This document shows, piece after piece, positions 1 through 11,613 of a stretch of 64,000 bases of DNA. The notes under the pieces are model-generated. The model made no database searches, had not been told where the DNA came from, and was given only the letters and a program-made list of their open reading frames with translations. Origin of the DNA: Schizochytrium sp. TIO01 (lineage: Eukaryota; Protista; Bigyra: Labyrinthulomycetes); contig SMSO01000031.1 of NCBI GenBank assembly GCA_004764695.1, forward strand, positions 6,058,761-6,122,760, given 5' to 3'. The position numbers were made by a program, and so were the translations under genes. Positions within the stretch are counted from its first letter, which is position 1; each line of letters begins with the position of its first letter.

Positions 1-2517
1 GTCTGCCTCCGCATAGTGGCAGCTCTGCTGAGAGAAGGCGCACTGAGCTTCGCCTCACCACAGGCTGAAATGGAGTCCGTACAACGTGCATTTGATGTCA
101 CATGTGTGTACTTCCCCATCGTTTTTAGACCGCCAGCTAACGATCCGTTCAATATCAAGGCAGAAGACCTCTGGAATGCTCTTCATGCAGTGTTTACGTG
201 TCACTTTGGCATGGCGGAGCACGTGCTAAGTATGCTTATGGATAAACTCAACCTGTCAGCGCCAGATGCAGCGTCGGCAAAGGTAGACTCTCTGCGAACT
301 CTGCGCGTATGCATGGAGGCCTATGGTCCCGCAAATGTTGCGGACTTTCTGCCACCACTGCGAAGGATCCTCGTGCGGCTCGTTGTGGAGGCGGATGAGA
401 CAACTATAGCGGAAGAGGCCGTCAACACTGTAGGATGTATCACCAAAATGGTCTCTAAGCTTGAGGAAACGAGAATTGCATCAGGCGTGACCGAAAAAGA
501 GGAGGGAGCTACCCAAGCAGTTCAAGACAGCCCATGGAAGCTTTTTGTAACACCTACAGTCGAGGAGAGCGCAAATTCTGTAGGTCAAGTTGTAGACTCG
601 ATGAGAGGACGTGCATCGGGAAGTCTCTTGGCTTGTATTGCTCAGTCTAGCGCACTCGGATTGAGGCTGGTGGTGGAGAAGGTCCTGCCGGTCCTGCGGA
701 AGTGGTGTGTACGACCGGACGCGTCCGAGACGCAGCGAGCGGCTGCCTTTGACCTCATTTTACAACTCGTAAGAGGAATCGATAAGGAGGTGGACTACCA
801 GCAGGAGTACAACCCTATGCAACCCGAGAGCATCGAGATGATTTATAACTTGGAGCTCGAGGAGCTTAAACGCATGCGCAGTTCTATGGACGTGGATGAC
901 ATTGATGGACCGAACAGTGCGGAATCTGCCGCAGCTGCGCGCCGACTTGCCGTAAGGACACTCTGCGAACTTATTATTCGGCCACCATCCCCACTGCTCT
1001 CTGCAGAACAGGTGATAGCCGTTTTGGACACATGGACGACGCTCATTGTTGATGCTGGCAAGGCTGACCCAGAGGACCTTGGCAAAACTAGCTTGATTGC
1101 GCTTGTTCTAGCTGGAAATCAGCGCCAAGCTTGTGCTGAGATGATTGCCTCTCGCGTGCTTGGTTCTCTTGAGCAAGCCTCCCGTGTCGACGCATTGGCA
1201 GAGCTGTGTGCCATCCCTCAGGTTTTTGATGCTGCCCTCCCTCGTATGTTACGTTCCTCTGACCGTCCGTTTGCCGAGACGCTCACCGTCGTTGCTGGCA
1301 TTGTGGAGGCTAATAAGTCGTATGAGTCTGGAATGACAAAGTGTTGTCTGCCTTTGGACAGTGACGCCCTCGTACCTATGATTCTTTCTCGCCTGAACAA
1401 TGGAGATGATCTTGGACCAGGTGCTGTGAAGATCCTTCGCACGGTCACTCAAAATGTAGATGCCGATGTACAAGCTCAGCTTGCCGAACACGTGGCTAAG
1501 GCCTTTATTCTCGATGCAAATGCACCGCGCAACTTTACAGCTACTCTCCCTGCGGTGCTCGCTACGATTGGTTCGGTACGCCCGACTGTGGTTCGCACTC
1601 AACTTGATACTAGTATTGTTTCTATCCTCAAATCAGCTGCTGTTCAGGATGAGGGCTTGACCACTGTAGCTGCAAACGCAGCTAGCTTGTGCTTGGCTTC
1701 ATTATTGAACAAGTTTGATGACTCAAAGGATGATATCGTCGCAGCCGTTGCGCAGGACCTCCTTGCCGGCGCGCAAGAAGGCTCGCGTAAGCACCTTGCA
1801 GCTTTGACACCTGTAACCAAGGCGCTGGCTATGCGTGCACACCCGCTCGGTCAGTCTCTCACCGATGGTGTCATGGCAATTCTCTCAAGCACAGCTGAGT
1901 CCAACGAGCTTATCTTGGCGCTTGCCGCAAGACACTTTGGTGATATTATTGCTCCTGATGCAGAGGTACTCAACAAGACAAGTTTTGCCACCGAGCGTCT
2001 CTTTTACCAGCAGCGCTTTTTTGCTAAGAATTTCCCAACTGTACGCGAAAAGGTCATGTCTTCACCCACCGGCTCATCTCGCCATCACTACTTCCTTCTT
2101 GCGGCAGCACGTTTGATCGAGTTTGTTCCCCGTGCTGTTCTTCTTCAGGATGCTGCCTCGATTTTGCCGTTTTTGACACAGGCTCTCCAGGACCCGGGTC
2201 TTGATGTCAAGACTTCTGCCTTGGCCTCCCTCAGCGTTCTGATCGACGACAATGTCCAAGCATCTGAGCCTTTGTTGTCTACAATTATCCCTCTGCTGCT
2301 CGAACTCACAGCCTATCGTCCTGGTCTCCTGGCTCGTAATCGTGCTCGGGCAATTGACACTTTGATGACCTTCACAAACCTTCCGTATAATAAGATCCAT
2401 GCTTACCGTGCGGAGGTATCGAAGACCTTGGCTAACGCATTGGATGATCCCAAGCGAGCTGTACGTAAGCGTGCTGTTGATTGCCGCAATCGCTGGCTTA
2501 TTTTGCAGAACATTTAA
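1..2517 (+). CDS. MMS19: MMS19 nucleotide excision repair / cytosolic Fe-S assembly scaffold (HEAT repeats), 5'-truncated by window edge
   Basis: Frame is open from position 1. N-terminal FDVTCVYFPIVFRPPANDPFNIKAEDL and C-terminal LDDPKRAVRKRAVDCRNRW resemble conserved MMS19 signatures; the body is helical and HEAT-like. Confidence 0.9.
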   Translation, partial: VCLRIVAALLREGALSFASPQAEMESVQRAFDVTCVYFPIVFRPPANDPFNIKAEDLWNALHAVFTCHFGMAEHVLSMLMDKLNLSAPDAASAKVDSLRTLRVCMEAYGPANVADFLPPLRRILVRLVVEADETTIAEEAVNTVGCITKMVSKLEETRIASGVTEKEEGATQAVQDSPWKLFVTPTVEESANSVGQVVDSMRGRASGSLLACIAQSSALGLRLVVEKVLPVLRKWCVRPDASETQRAAAFDLILQLVRGIDKEVDYQQEYNPMQPESIEMIYNLELEELKRMRSSMDVDDIDGPNSAESAAAARRLAVRTLCELIIRPPSPLLSAEQVIAVLDTWTTLIVDAGKADPEDLGKTSLIALVLAGNQRQACAEMIASRVLGSLEQASRVDALAELCAIPQVFDAALPRMLRSSDRPFAETLTVVAGIVEANKSYESGMTKCCLPLDSDALVPMILSRLNNGDDLGPGAVKILRTVTQNVDADVQAQLAEHVAKAFILDANAPRNFTATLPAVLATIGSVRPTVVRTQLDTSIVSILKSAAVQDEGLTTVAANAASLCLASLLNKFDDSKDDIVAAVAQDLLAGAQEGSRKHLAALTPVTKALAMRAHPLGQSLTDGVMAILSSTAESNELILALAARHFGDIIAPDAEVLNKTSFATERLFYQQRFFAKNFPTVREKVMSSPTGSSRHHYFLLAAARLIEFVPRAVLLQDAASILPFLTQALQDPGLDVKTSALASLSVLIDDNVQASEPLLSTIIPLLLELTAYRPGLLARNRARAIDTLMTFTNLPYNKIHAYRAEVSKTLANALDDPKRAVRKRAVDCRNRWLILQNI

Positions 2518-3741
2518 TTTTTTTTTCACTACTACTTAGTCATAAACTATACTTTCTTACTTTACTGACTTACGTACTTCATCTTGCAACACACAACGAC
2601 CCTATTTGCTCGAATGTACGAACAAGACACCACCTGGCCCTTTTTCTTCGAGATCTTTTTGTTAGTGAGATCCTGATTAATAAAGCAATCAGATGTCCGC
2701 ATTATATAGCGTATCATCTGAATTTCTTCTTCTGCCATGCTGCAGCCACATCTCTTACGATGCCACAATTCCCTGCGCAGGAGTTTGGTTTGGGTTCATA
2801 TGCGGTCATAGAGTCTTCTTCGTTCCTGAACTCGCTTCCTACAATCACAGCAACCTTGAAATGAACCCAAGACACTATCGAACTTATCAATCCTCTAAAA
2901 AAGTTTTGAGCAACCAGTTGTACGGATCGAAGAGCAGAACCCACCGTTATCCACCAGACAGGCACTCGGACAATCACAAAGCCACTGTAGCCTTTCCAAA
3001 GTTGCACATAAGCAAACCAAATTATCACCGAATCAAAAGACTCTGTAAGCATGAACATGTCTGGATTCAAGTAGAGTGCTATTAGTGCTACCTATCCTTT
3101 ATTTCCATTCATCCTTATTTTTTTTCAATCTCTTCTTTCCTTCAAGTTATCGATTGTATTTGCAGGTCCGCAAATCCCGAAGCTGCGCGCAAACTCGTGT
3201 CGCAGGGTCGTCGCACGGCCGTGTGCTTGCGCAGTGTAGGGTATCTGCGAGTTCTAGCACAGGTGTGGGCGCCTTGGGGGAGGCTTGACCAATAGAAGCA
3301 ACAACGAGAGGGAGAAGAGGCCCTCGGTGACTAGCATCCAATTCAGTCTCATCACAATCTCATTGACCTCTTTTCGCTTGGCTCGGGAATTCCTGAGAAA
3401 TCAGCGCTACCTCCTTTACGAGCAGCGCCCAACTCTGCGCATTGATTAGCATTGATTGGGTATAGATTCTAATTTAGCGGGCCGGCCGATACGCAGGGTC
3501 TCTGGAAGCGTCATTTATGGTCCTGCGGGAGCACAGTAAAACTAAGGGCACAATTGCTTTGCAAAAAGAGCTGATCGCGGCCAACGTCAGAGAATCTCTT
3601 TTCAGGTTGCTTTTTGAAAATTCTACCTCCTTGTAAACGAACAATAATACTGCCATTCGGTGCAGCTTCAGAAAAGGAAACTCTGCGCGGTGAGGGGATC
3701 TGCTCACATCAACAGAAGACTAGTTCTGCTCATACTCAAAA

Positions 3742-6700
3742 ATGTCGGAGGGCGACTCGCTGTATGCCAGGAAACGTATCAAAATCACTGCAATTGTTCA
3801 TGTAATTGAGGCACGCCATCTTGTGGGTAAAGACAGCAATGGCCTATCCGATCCCTTTGTTCGCGTCACGGTCGCAGGTAAACGACAAGCAACAGAGATT
3901 CGTCGAAACGCAATCAATGCAACATGGGACCAAACCTTTACCTTTCAGGATCTTGATCTTTCGGTAGAAGAGTATGAAGCAGAGCTTATTGTTTTGCAGG
4001 TTTTTGACGCCAATATTATTATGCGCAATGAGCTCATTGGTCAGTTCTCATTTGGGCTTGCTAAAGTACGCAATCAGCCTCTGCCACACCGCCATCAGGT
4101 GTATCGGCGTTGGCTTGTTCTCACTGATCCACGAGATCCTTTAGAAGAACAAGGTTTTCTTCAAGTTACCGTGACTGTCCTCGGGCCTGGCGACGTCCCG
4201 CCAGCTCACTCTCGTCAAGAAGACTATGCAGTTGCAACCACGAGGTCCAATAACCAACAGGAAGAACGCATTCTCCGCAACCCAGACGTTCGTAGGCGAG
4301 GCTATAATTTTAGTGTCAAGGTTTTCCGGGGGGAAGACCTTGCTGTAACAGATACCTGGAATAAAACGAGCGATCCATTCGTAGTAGTGCGTTTCAATGG
4401 TCTCATGGCGCGTACGCCGCACCAAGCGCACACCACTACTCCAAATTGGAACCACTTACTTGTTCTGCCTGTCTTTACACCATGTTTTAGCAATACTATT
4501 GAGATACAACTTTACGATTACGTTCGCGGGCAGCCTGACCGGCTGCTGGCCACACGGCGTCTAAATTTTACTAGCCTGCTTGGCCAATCTTTCCCGCCTT
4601 CCTGGTTCAACTTTTACGGACGGATGGATGAGGAAAGTGACTCTTCGGGGTGGGTTTGTGACGTAGTGCGCTCCCTCAAGCCGGACCAAGACGTAACAAA
4701 CTACATGGGTCGTGTACTAATGAGTATCAACACAGAACTTACAGATCACCCTATTCATATTGACAAACCGTGTCTGCCAATCAAAGGTCCAAAGGAGCAC
4801 CCTTATGTATTATACGTAGATATATACCGTATCGCCGAGCTTGACCTCAGCTTTGGCCGAAAAGTAATGGTTGAATTACAGTTTGGTCCGTTGAAAAGGC
4901 AATCTGATTGGTGTTCGTTTGATCGATCCCCTCAACGACGTGATGTTTTAGATCAAGATGTGTTTGCAGAGCATGGGAAAAGCATTAAGCTCTCGTGTTC
5001 AGGAGAGCAGGCCCATGATAAAGATGATATCCAACGGAGGAAAACAACTATGGCGCAAACGAATGCTCGGAAACTCGTCAGCTCGGACCCTTGTCAGTTC
5101 CGAACCATCGAGGTTTCCTTGCCCTCGCGAGGCCAAGAACCGACGGAGCAAGAATGCTCACAATTCTACGACCTCGTTATCAATATTTATGTCAAGGGTG
5201 TTATTGGTAGTCCACAACGGGTTGGCTTCCTCCGCTTCAAAGCTGTAGACATCATGGGCTATGAAGGTATTCCAGAGTGGTTCCCTGTCCGTGGACTGGC
5301 AAATGGGGCTGGTGCATCTGAAACCCCTGCTCAAATCCTTGCCAGCATCCGCTTTGGGACAAAACTGAATATGCCACTGCGTCAGGCATCAGGGCCTTCA
5401 ATAAAAAATGGTGGACACTATCAGCTTCGAGCACATGTCTACCAAGCACGCGACTTGCGCGCGGCTGATGCACAAGGTTTAGCTAACCCCTTTGTTAAAA
5501 TATCATTGGGTGGGAAAACAGCGCGCCTTGCTTCAACCTCTCGTGAAAACAAACTGAACCAAGTCTGCGAGACCAATCGTCGTATGCAAGCTCAACTAGC
5601 GGCAACGGCAACTCCACAAAACCCAAATCAAGCCCCTGAAGCAGCTTCAGATTCACTCCGTCGGTCAAGTGTCGTGCGAGACTCATTAAATCCTCTGTGG
5701 TATGAAACACTTGTCATTGATGATGTTGTTCTACCTAATCAGCTTTCGCTTGCCCCTGATGTTGATATTCGAGTATTCAGCATGGTGAAAGGCGGTAGCG
5801 ATATTCCGATCGGCCGTGTGAAGTTCCCGTCTTCATTGTGTTCGTTAGACCTGTGGCCTATCACAAAACGACCGCGCTGGTTAAAGCTTGCTCGAAGTGA
5901 CCTCTCGGTGCTTCGCGGTCGAAGTGCAGTAAAAAAGCCCGATAGTGTACTGCAGCTTACTCAGGAAAATCATGGCGAAAACGAGTTTGAGGCGGAGAAT
6001 CTTGCTGGGGATATTCTTATAAAGCTTGAGCTTATTCCAATGCGAAAGCTCAAATCATATCCTATTTGGGCTCACCGCTGGCCTCGCGTAGTGCCTTGTG
6101 TTTTGCATCTTGGAACTGTTGGTTTGCGCCGTCTCGAGGAATTTGGCCTTTTCGGATCAATCGATAAACCCTTTTGCGAAATATCAGTGCAAAGTGTACC
6201 TAACATGCTTGCAGTCAATGTTGTTGCGACTAAAACTGCTGAAGAACATACCCCTGGTGGGCGACTTGGTATGCACGGAGATTACTCACGAAATTCTGTT
6301 TCAATGAACAAAATTCGCGAGCAGTCAACTAAGAATCGACCGGGTCGTCGCCAAGATCCTGCTCCAACTGAATCGCATCGGAATCATCCCTTAAGCGAGC
6401 CTGATTCTATGAGTGACCCAGCCAATACAGATGAGCTTTTGGCGGCTCTCGTTGCTAATATCAAAAACTATGCTTTTGACGAGCTCCCGCTCCGTCCAGG
6501 CAATGGGCTCGAGCCTACAACTGGTGCTCTACAAGGAAAGTGGCTGGATAGAGCTCGGCAGGTCGACCGTTATATGGAAGAGCTACTGCTTTACCTGCGA
6601 CCTAATTCAGTAGCATCCTCTCAGCATCTTTTTCATCCTGCATCGTGCAAACAAGGTATCGCAAGCTGGAGGAATCGCAGAAGGGAGGACATCAGTATGA

Positions 6701-9570
6701 TTTCAAAGCTTTTGGGTCAGGACAGTGATGACGAGCCTGGTGCTGCGGGTGCTGCTATGGCCGCAGAATATCACAGCCGAGGTGACCAATATAGGAACAA
6801 CAATTATCAAAATGATTCTATGGAATTGCGACACGAGGCACGAGGGAACCAAGGCGGCAACAGCGATAATGACAGCAATAATGACAATAATAGCAATGGT
6901 GGAGATCTTGAAGCTGGGGATGATGCTGGTTTCTTTGGTTCTAGAGGTGAAGGAGATGATAGTAAAGACGACGAGGATGCTGATGAGGAGATTTCAGTCA
7001 TTAAGGAACGTCAAAGACGAACATTTTTCGACACAGTTTCCTTGCTTGTGAATATGCCAATTGACCCTTTCTATGCTCCATCGATGACTATTAAAGTTTT
7101 CGACGAGCGAATTGCAGGCAAAGAGCTTATTGCGACCGCGGTGGTGAACATTCGCAACTATGCTGATGACCTGCTGTATTCTGATGCTATGAAAGAGGAT
7201 ACGAAAGAACTTGAGGTGTCCTTTGACATTCCGAGGGTCCATCTTTCAGGTAAAGCTATGAATGATTTCCAACAATGGGTTAAAAATAGCCCGGATATGT
7301 TTGATGAAGTCTATTATAAGAAATCACAGCAAATCGCCAGGGTAGTCGATCCAGACATGAGTGCCCAATACAACGATATGCAAGAGGAGCTGAAGTCCGT
7401 GCGACAAAATTTTATGAGCAAACCTATGAATAGAAGAACTGTTGAATTTTCTCGTAATGGCAGCTTGACAAATTTTGCAGGTTATCCCACTGGAAGTCTC
7501 TATCATGAGCAAGATCTCTATGATAGAGTCTTTGCAGACCCAGCAGAAGGTCATTATGAGCTTCCGCAGCAGCTCACGGAGGAGGTAGATGAAATTAACA
7601 TTGTTTACGAAGACAATTTGCGAGACATTATTGTCACACGTGGAATCCAACTCGAGGAAGACGCGAGCGACCCTTACGCTGGCAATGGTACTTTGACATG
7701 GCCTCAGGAAGATGAAGAGACCCGAGAAGCAAATATGCAAACGCATCTTCTCGAGACTAGTGAGGCCTTACAGCCATTTCCGTTTCATACGGTGCGACTC
7801 TTCCGTGGCTCACAGTTGGAGAGTCTTGATGCAAGAAAGGTGGTTGGATTCTTCAAGGCTAGCGTTCTTGTTCGTCCAGATGTGCCAGAATTTGAGCATG
7901 CATATGTGGTTAAGGAGGACTATAAGGTATATGATCAAACTCCTCGTTCAAATAGCCGAGGCGAGAGTTTGCAGCCTCTTGGAGTTCAGTCTGGCCAAAT
8001 TGTGATTATGGAAGAGGATCTCGATCGAATCTTTGTTGCGGTACGTTTGGTAACTTTTCGACCAGACAAGCCTCTGGAGACAGGAACTTTAAGCTTTCTC
8101 CCGCGAAGGGTGCTAGCACCTCTGCCAGACCCATTTGCTGCTGTTCGTACTTCACGCTTCGACACCTCAACATCCGGGCCAGCTTTGATTGATATTCGCA
8201 TTAAGAATGATGACGATGACAGCAATTTAGTGACAAGTTCAAAGGCAGCCAATACCAGCAATAGTATGACCGATGGTGCGTCAAATAATAAGACATCAGA
8301 TCCTCGTAACAATCGTGCCAACGATAATAGCGGCGACAATAATTACCAAGATGAAAACAACAGTCCAAAAGGTGGAACAGGACCATCCACACTAAAGATC
8401 CGTGGGGGCGCATATGCATCGATCGCCGACACAATGCACCACCCGCAAGATGTCAAAGTGAGGGTCTACATTGTTGCATGTGCAAATCTGCCATCGCAGG
8501 CGTTGTTTTCAAGCTCAAGCGATCCGTATCTGATTGTTCAACTTAATGTCCCACAGTATCTTAAGGACAAATACCCAGGTGCTACATACCATAATGGACG
8601 GGCGGAATACAAGTCAGACACTCTGGATCCTTACTTTGGCGCCTGGGTTGAGCTTGACGCTCGGTTCCCGGATGTGCATGAGGTTGAAATTCAAGTGTGG
8701 AATGCCAACTATCTTAGTGATGATATGATTGGTAAAACGGTAATCGACCTAGAAGACCGCTGGTTCAATCCTGCATGGCATGAACTAAAGTTTCAACGCA
8801 AGCGTCTAAAGGAATTTCGACCTCTACACTCACCTTCTTCAAAGCTCGTGCAGGGTGTTTGTGAATGTTGGATAGAGATGTTCACGCCTGGTGAAGCTGG
8901 CAATACTGCTATTGTGGATATCCGTCAACCCAAAATTGAGCCTTGGGAGCTTCGTCTTGTAATATGGGAAACGCGCCGGGTGCCACTACTTGATGACCAT
9001 ACATATGCTAATTTGTTAGTTACCGGTGAATTGACCTTTACTGATATTGATGGACGGTCGTACCAGAAGGAGTACACAACTGATACGCATACGGGTCTGA
9101 AGGATGGAAAGGGTATATTTAATTACCGCATGTTGTACCCCTTTCAAGCTCCAGCAAAGTTTATGCGGCTGCATCTGAAAGTTTGGGAGCGCTATGGGTT
9201 TTCTTACACAGCTCTCGGAGAAGCTAATCTAGATCTTAGTAGTCTCATGCGCGAGGCTGTACGTACCCAACAGCAGGTGGTTGATCGTCCTCGTAGCTGG
9301 GTGGCGCTTTCACACAGTAACTGGCCCGGAGAGTCCAGAGGTGATCTTGATATCCAAATGAGCCTTGTTCGAGAGAAGTATGCGCTACAGCACCCTGTTG
9401 GAAACGCTCGTGATGCTCCGAATGAAAATCCGTTTCTTCCAGATCCGCCTCGCGAGTCGTTTTTCTCACAGGTTTTTCGTTCGACAGGATATGGTCGCGT
9501 TATTTGCTGTACGATTTGTATACTGCTTATTCTCTTCATCATCTTTTTCGTCGTATTCAGTCCATGGTAA
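3742..9570 (+). CDS. Ferlin-family multi-C2-domain tail-anchored membrane protein (1942 aa)
   Basis: Several C2 domains (DSNGLSDPFVRV, KTSDPFVVV, DAQGLANPFVKI, SSDPYLIV), ferlin C-terminal motifs (IGKTVIDLEDRW, PVGNARDAPNENPFLPDPPR) and a single C-terminal TM helix. Confidence 0.9.
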   Translation: MSEGDSLYARKRIKITAIVHVIEARHLVGKDSNGLSDPFVRVTVAGKRQATEIRRNAINATWDQTFTFQDLDLSVEEYEAELIVLQVFDANIIMRNELIGQFSFGLAKVRNQPLPHRHQVYRRWLVLTDPRDPLEEQGFLQVTVTVLGPGDVPPAHSRQEDYAVATTRSNNQQEERILRNPDVRRRGYNFSVKVFRGEDLAVTDTWNKTSDPFVVVRFNGLMARTPHQAHTTTPNWNHLLVLPVFTPCFSNTIEIQLYDYVRGQPDRLLATRRLNFTSLLGQSFPPSWFNFYGRMDEESDSSGWVCDVVRSLKPDQDVTNYMGRVLMSINTELTDHPIHIDKPCLPIKGPKEHPYVLYVDIYRIAELDLSFGRKVMVELQFGPLKRQSDWCSFDRSPQRRDVLDQDVFAEHGKSIKLSCSGEQAHDKDDIQRRKTTMAQTNARKLVSSDPCQFRTIEVSLPSRGQEPTEQECSQFYDLVINIYVKGVIGSPQRVGFLRFKAVDIMGYEGIPEWFPVRGLANGAGASETPAQILASIRFGTKLNMPLRQASGPSIKNGGHYQLRAHVYQARDLRAADAQGLANPFVKISLGGKTARLASTSRENKLNQVCETNRRMQAQLAATATPQNPNQAPEAASDSLRRSSVVRDSLNPLWYETLVIDDVVLPNQLSLAPDVDIRVFSMVKGGSDIPIGRVKFPSSLCSLDLWPITKRPRWLKLARSDLSVLRGRSAVKKPDSVLQLTQENHGENEFEAENLAGDILIKLELIPMRKLKSYPIWAHRWPRVVPCVLHLGTVGLRRLEEFGLFGSIDKPFCEISVQSVPNMLAVNVVATKTAEEHTPGGRLGMHGDYSRNSVSMNKIREQSTKNRPGRRQDPAPTESHRNHPLSEPDSMSDPANTDELLAALVANIKNYAFDELPLRPGNGLEPTTGALQGKWLDRARQVDRYMEELLLYLRPNSVASSQHLFHPASCKQGIASWRNRRREDISMISKLLGQDSDDEPGAAGAAMAAEYHSRGDQYRNNNYQNDSMELRHEARGNQGGNSDNDSNNDNNSNGGDLEAGDDAGFFGSRGEGDDSKDDEDADEEISVIKERQRRTFFDTVSLLVNMPIDPFYAPSMTIKVFDERIAGKELIATAVVNIRNYADDLLYSDAMKEDTKELEVSFDIPRVHLSGKAMNDFQQWVKNSPDMFDEVYYKKSQQIARVVDPDMSAQYNDMQEELKSVRQNFMSKPMNRRTVEFSRNGSLTNFAGYPTGSLYHEQDLYDRVFADPAEGHYELPQQLTEEVDEINIVYEDNLRDIIVTRGIQLEEDASDPYAGNGTLTWPQEDEETREANMQTHLLETSEALQPFPFHTVRLFRGSQLESLDARKVVGFFKASVLVRPDVPEFEHAYVVKEDYKVYDQTPRSNSRGESLQPLGVQSGQIVIMEEDLDRIFVAVRLVTFRPDKPLETGTLSFLPRRVLAPLPDPFAAVRTSRFDTSTSGPALIDIRIKNDDDDSNLVTSSKAANTSNSMTDGASNNKTSDPRNNRANDNSGDNNYQDENNSPKGGTGPSTLKIRGGAYASIADTMHHPQDVKVRVYIVACANLPSQALFSSSSDPYLIVQLNVPQYLKDKYPGATYHNGRAEYKSDTLDPYFGAWVELDARFPDVHEVEIQVWNANYLSDDMIGKTVIDLEDRWFNPAWHELKFQRKRLKEFRPLHSPSSKLVQGVCECWIEMFTPGEAGNTAIVDIRQPKIEPWELRLVIWETRRVPLLDDHTYANLLVTGELTFTDIDGRSYQKEYTTDTHTGLKDGKGIFNYRMLYPFQAPAKFMRLHLKVWERYGFSYTALGEANLDLSSLMREAVRTQQQVVDRPRSWVALSHSNWPGESRGDLDIQMSLVREKYALQHPVGNARDAPNENPFLPDPPRESFFSQVFRSTGYGRVICCTICILLILFIIFFVVFSPW

Positions 9571-10364
9571 ACTAATGTAAACGTTCACAACTTTATGGAT
9601 CTCGGCGAGTTAGTTGAAACATTTAGAACTTTATGTATTTTACCAACCAAAGTATGTTAAACATTTCTTTAAATGGTTCTTGTTGAATCATAAAACATCT
9701 GTCCATTATATCCTGTATTAATTATCAGCTTTCATGATTGTGTGTGACAGTAGTCTCATCAAGAAAAGGGATACGCCTGAGTAACACAACCTCTAGTCTC
9801 CGTTGCTTATGAAATGTGGTTTTATTTTTCACTAGAGAAACTGATTAATGCCATTTTTTTTACAGGTTCGAACTCCAGACCCGCGTGCCAACAATCTATA
9901 CATAAACGACTTCAATAAGTGCCATCTCTGACTTTTCCTTTTGCGAAGTAGCTTTGTACAACTGTAGAGTACATAACAGGTTATGTGCAAAGCTTCTCCT
10001 TTAAAATGTTTGAGATTGTGCCTATGCGGTTTACTTTTACACTTGCAACTCACGCTAATGTACGAATACACTCCAGTGGTGATGATCAGTGGCACTTTCT
10101 CACTTCGACAACGTGTTTATGGAACATTGTTCCCTCTCTGTTTTTACCCTCTTTCTATCATCTAATGATTTTTTTTTAAATTTAATAGAAAATACAAAAT
10201 CAATGTTTATTCTAGCCGTTATTTAGAACCTACTTTGTAGGAGATATGCCTGGCGTTGTCAAGCCCATCATTAGAGTTAGCGAGACGCCTTTCTACAGAA
10301 TGATGAGTACAGATCAATAATTATATCTCTTGTATTCGGGCGTGTTCGGGCGCAATCGGTCGTT

Positions 10365-11162
10365 ATGGGTGCTTCACTGTCAGCTACTGAGCCAAACAGG
10401 TTAGCAGTAGCAGCGATCTCGCACGTGGTTCACTGTAAGTTCTTGTTGGTATTTAAGAAAGGGTTGTCCTGCGTGCACAAGGTTATTGTAGGCTCCAGGC
10501 AATGGAGCATGGCTTGTGATCAAGACAGACGGCTTGCGGCGAAATTGAAGATCAAATTTAAGCTGAGAATACTGACATGAGATGAGTTGCGTGGGTGGTG
10601 GACGATACGAACGAACATAGTTGACCGAGACGTTTATGTGAAATTCAAGGATGAGGTTTACGGCGCGGCCGATGACTCTGAAGAACAACTTATTACTCTG
10701 AACAAATTCAATGAGGCACTCGCCCTTGTACGCATTCATCCAAAGGATAAAGAGGTTTTTGATCGTTTGTTTGTGCTCTTTGACCGGGCTGGGGATGGTG
10801 TTGTTTGTAGTCGTGAGGTAATTGTTGGATGCTCGATTCTTGTTAAAATGCCCCCACGAAAAAAGCTACAATTTGCTTTCGAACTATATGACGAGCCTGG
10901 CGAGGGCAAGCTCGCAAAGGATGACATAGCGCAAGTTCTGCGATGGTTATCGAAGACAAGTGCTTTTTTTGGAGATAAACAACCTACTGCGGATGCGATG
11001 AACAGTTTAGTGGATCGCGTCTTTAATAAAATTGCAAGCGAGGAGCCAGAGGATACATCCTATGCGATTTACGCTGACCCTATGCTAGATCACCCTGCCT
11101 TTACTGATTACGTAGACCAAGTTGAGGACTCTACACGCTTGCAGAATGAGCCTATCGACTAA
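10365..11162 (+). CDS. Calcineurin-B-like / NCS-type EF-hand calcium sensor, N-myristoylated; two exons (10365-10434, 10621-11162)
   Basis: MGASLS myristoylation motif at ATG 10365. GTAAGT donor at 10435, TACTGAC branch point at ~10570 and AG acceptor at 10620. Splicing gives ...AAISHVVHFDRDVYVKFK... in frame. EF-hand motifs LFDRAGDGVV and KLQFAFELYDEPGEGKL. Confidence 0.85.
10435..10620 (+). other. Spliceosomal GT-AG intron (186 nt, in-frame, contains a TGA at 10578)
   Basis: Consensus GTAAGT donor, TACTGAC branch site and ACATAG acceptor; removal joins the two ORF pieces and removes the in-frame stop. Confidence 0.8.
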
Positions 11163-11613
11163 GGATCCCTTCTTATTTCTGCGAAGTCCAATATATATAT
11201 TCTAGGTGACAGAAAGTAATTTATTAGTATTGGGGTCTTTCATGTTTTCTGTTTCAGGAACTAAAACTCGAAGCAGGTACACCATAAGTTTGCCTTGCTG
11301 GTTCGTGCGAATATCAAACTAGAAATAGTGTTATTAATAAGAGATATAAATGGAGATGATAAAAAGAGATGGAAAGAGACAAAAAGCACAGCACGTAGAA
11401 TGAAGCCTGTAGCTGGCTTTGGCTGCTTCAGATCTTCCCAACCTCACCATCACAAATACTAACAATCATATACAAGTTCCTCATCCCTCCACCCCCTTTC
11501 TTGATTAAGAGACAATGTGACGGTCTGGATACATCAAGGACCAACCATAAATTGTGTCCTCTATCCAACTTTTGAGTATCCGGCTAGACAAAGAAGAGCA
11601 ATAGTAGCATGCA

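Noticed and set aside
9860-9890. GGTTCGAACTCC resembling a tRNA T-loop
   Set aside because: No acceptor, D or anticodon stems can be formed around it.
10365-11162. In-frame TGA at 10578 between two same-frame ORFs, suggesting selenocysteine or readthrough
   Set aside because: The TGA overlaps the 3' flank of a TACTGAC branch point inside a canonical 186-nt GT-AG intron; splicing gives a better calcineurin-B-like protein.
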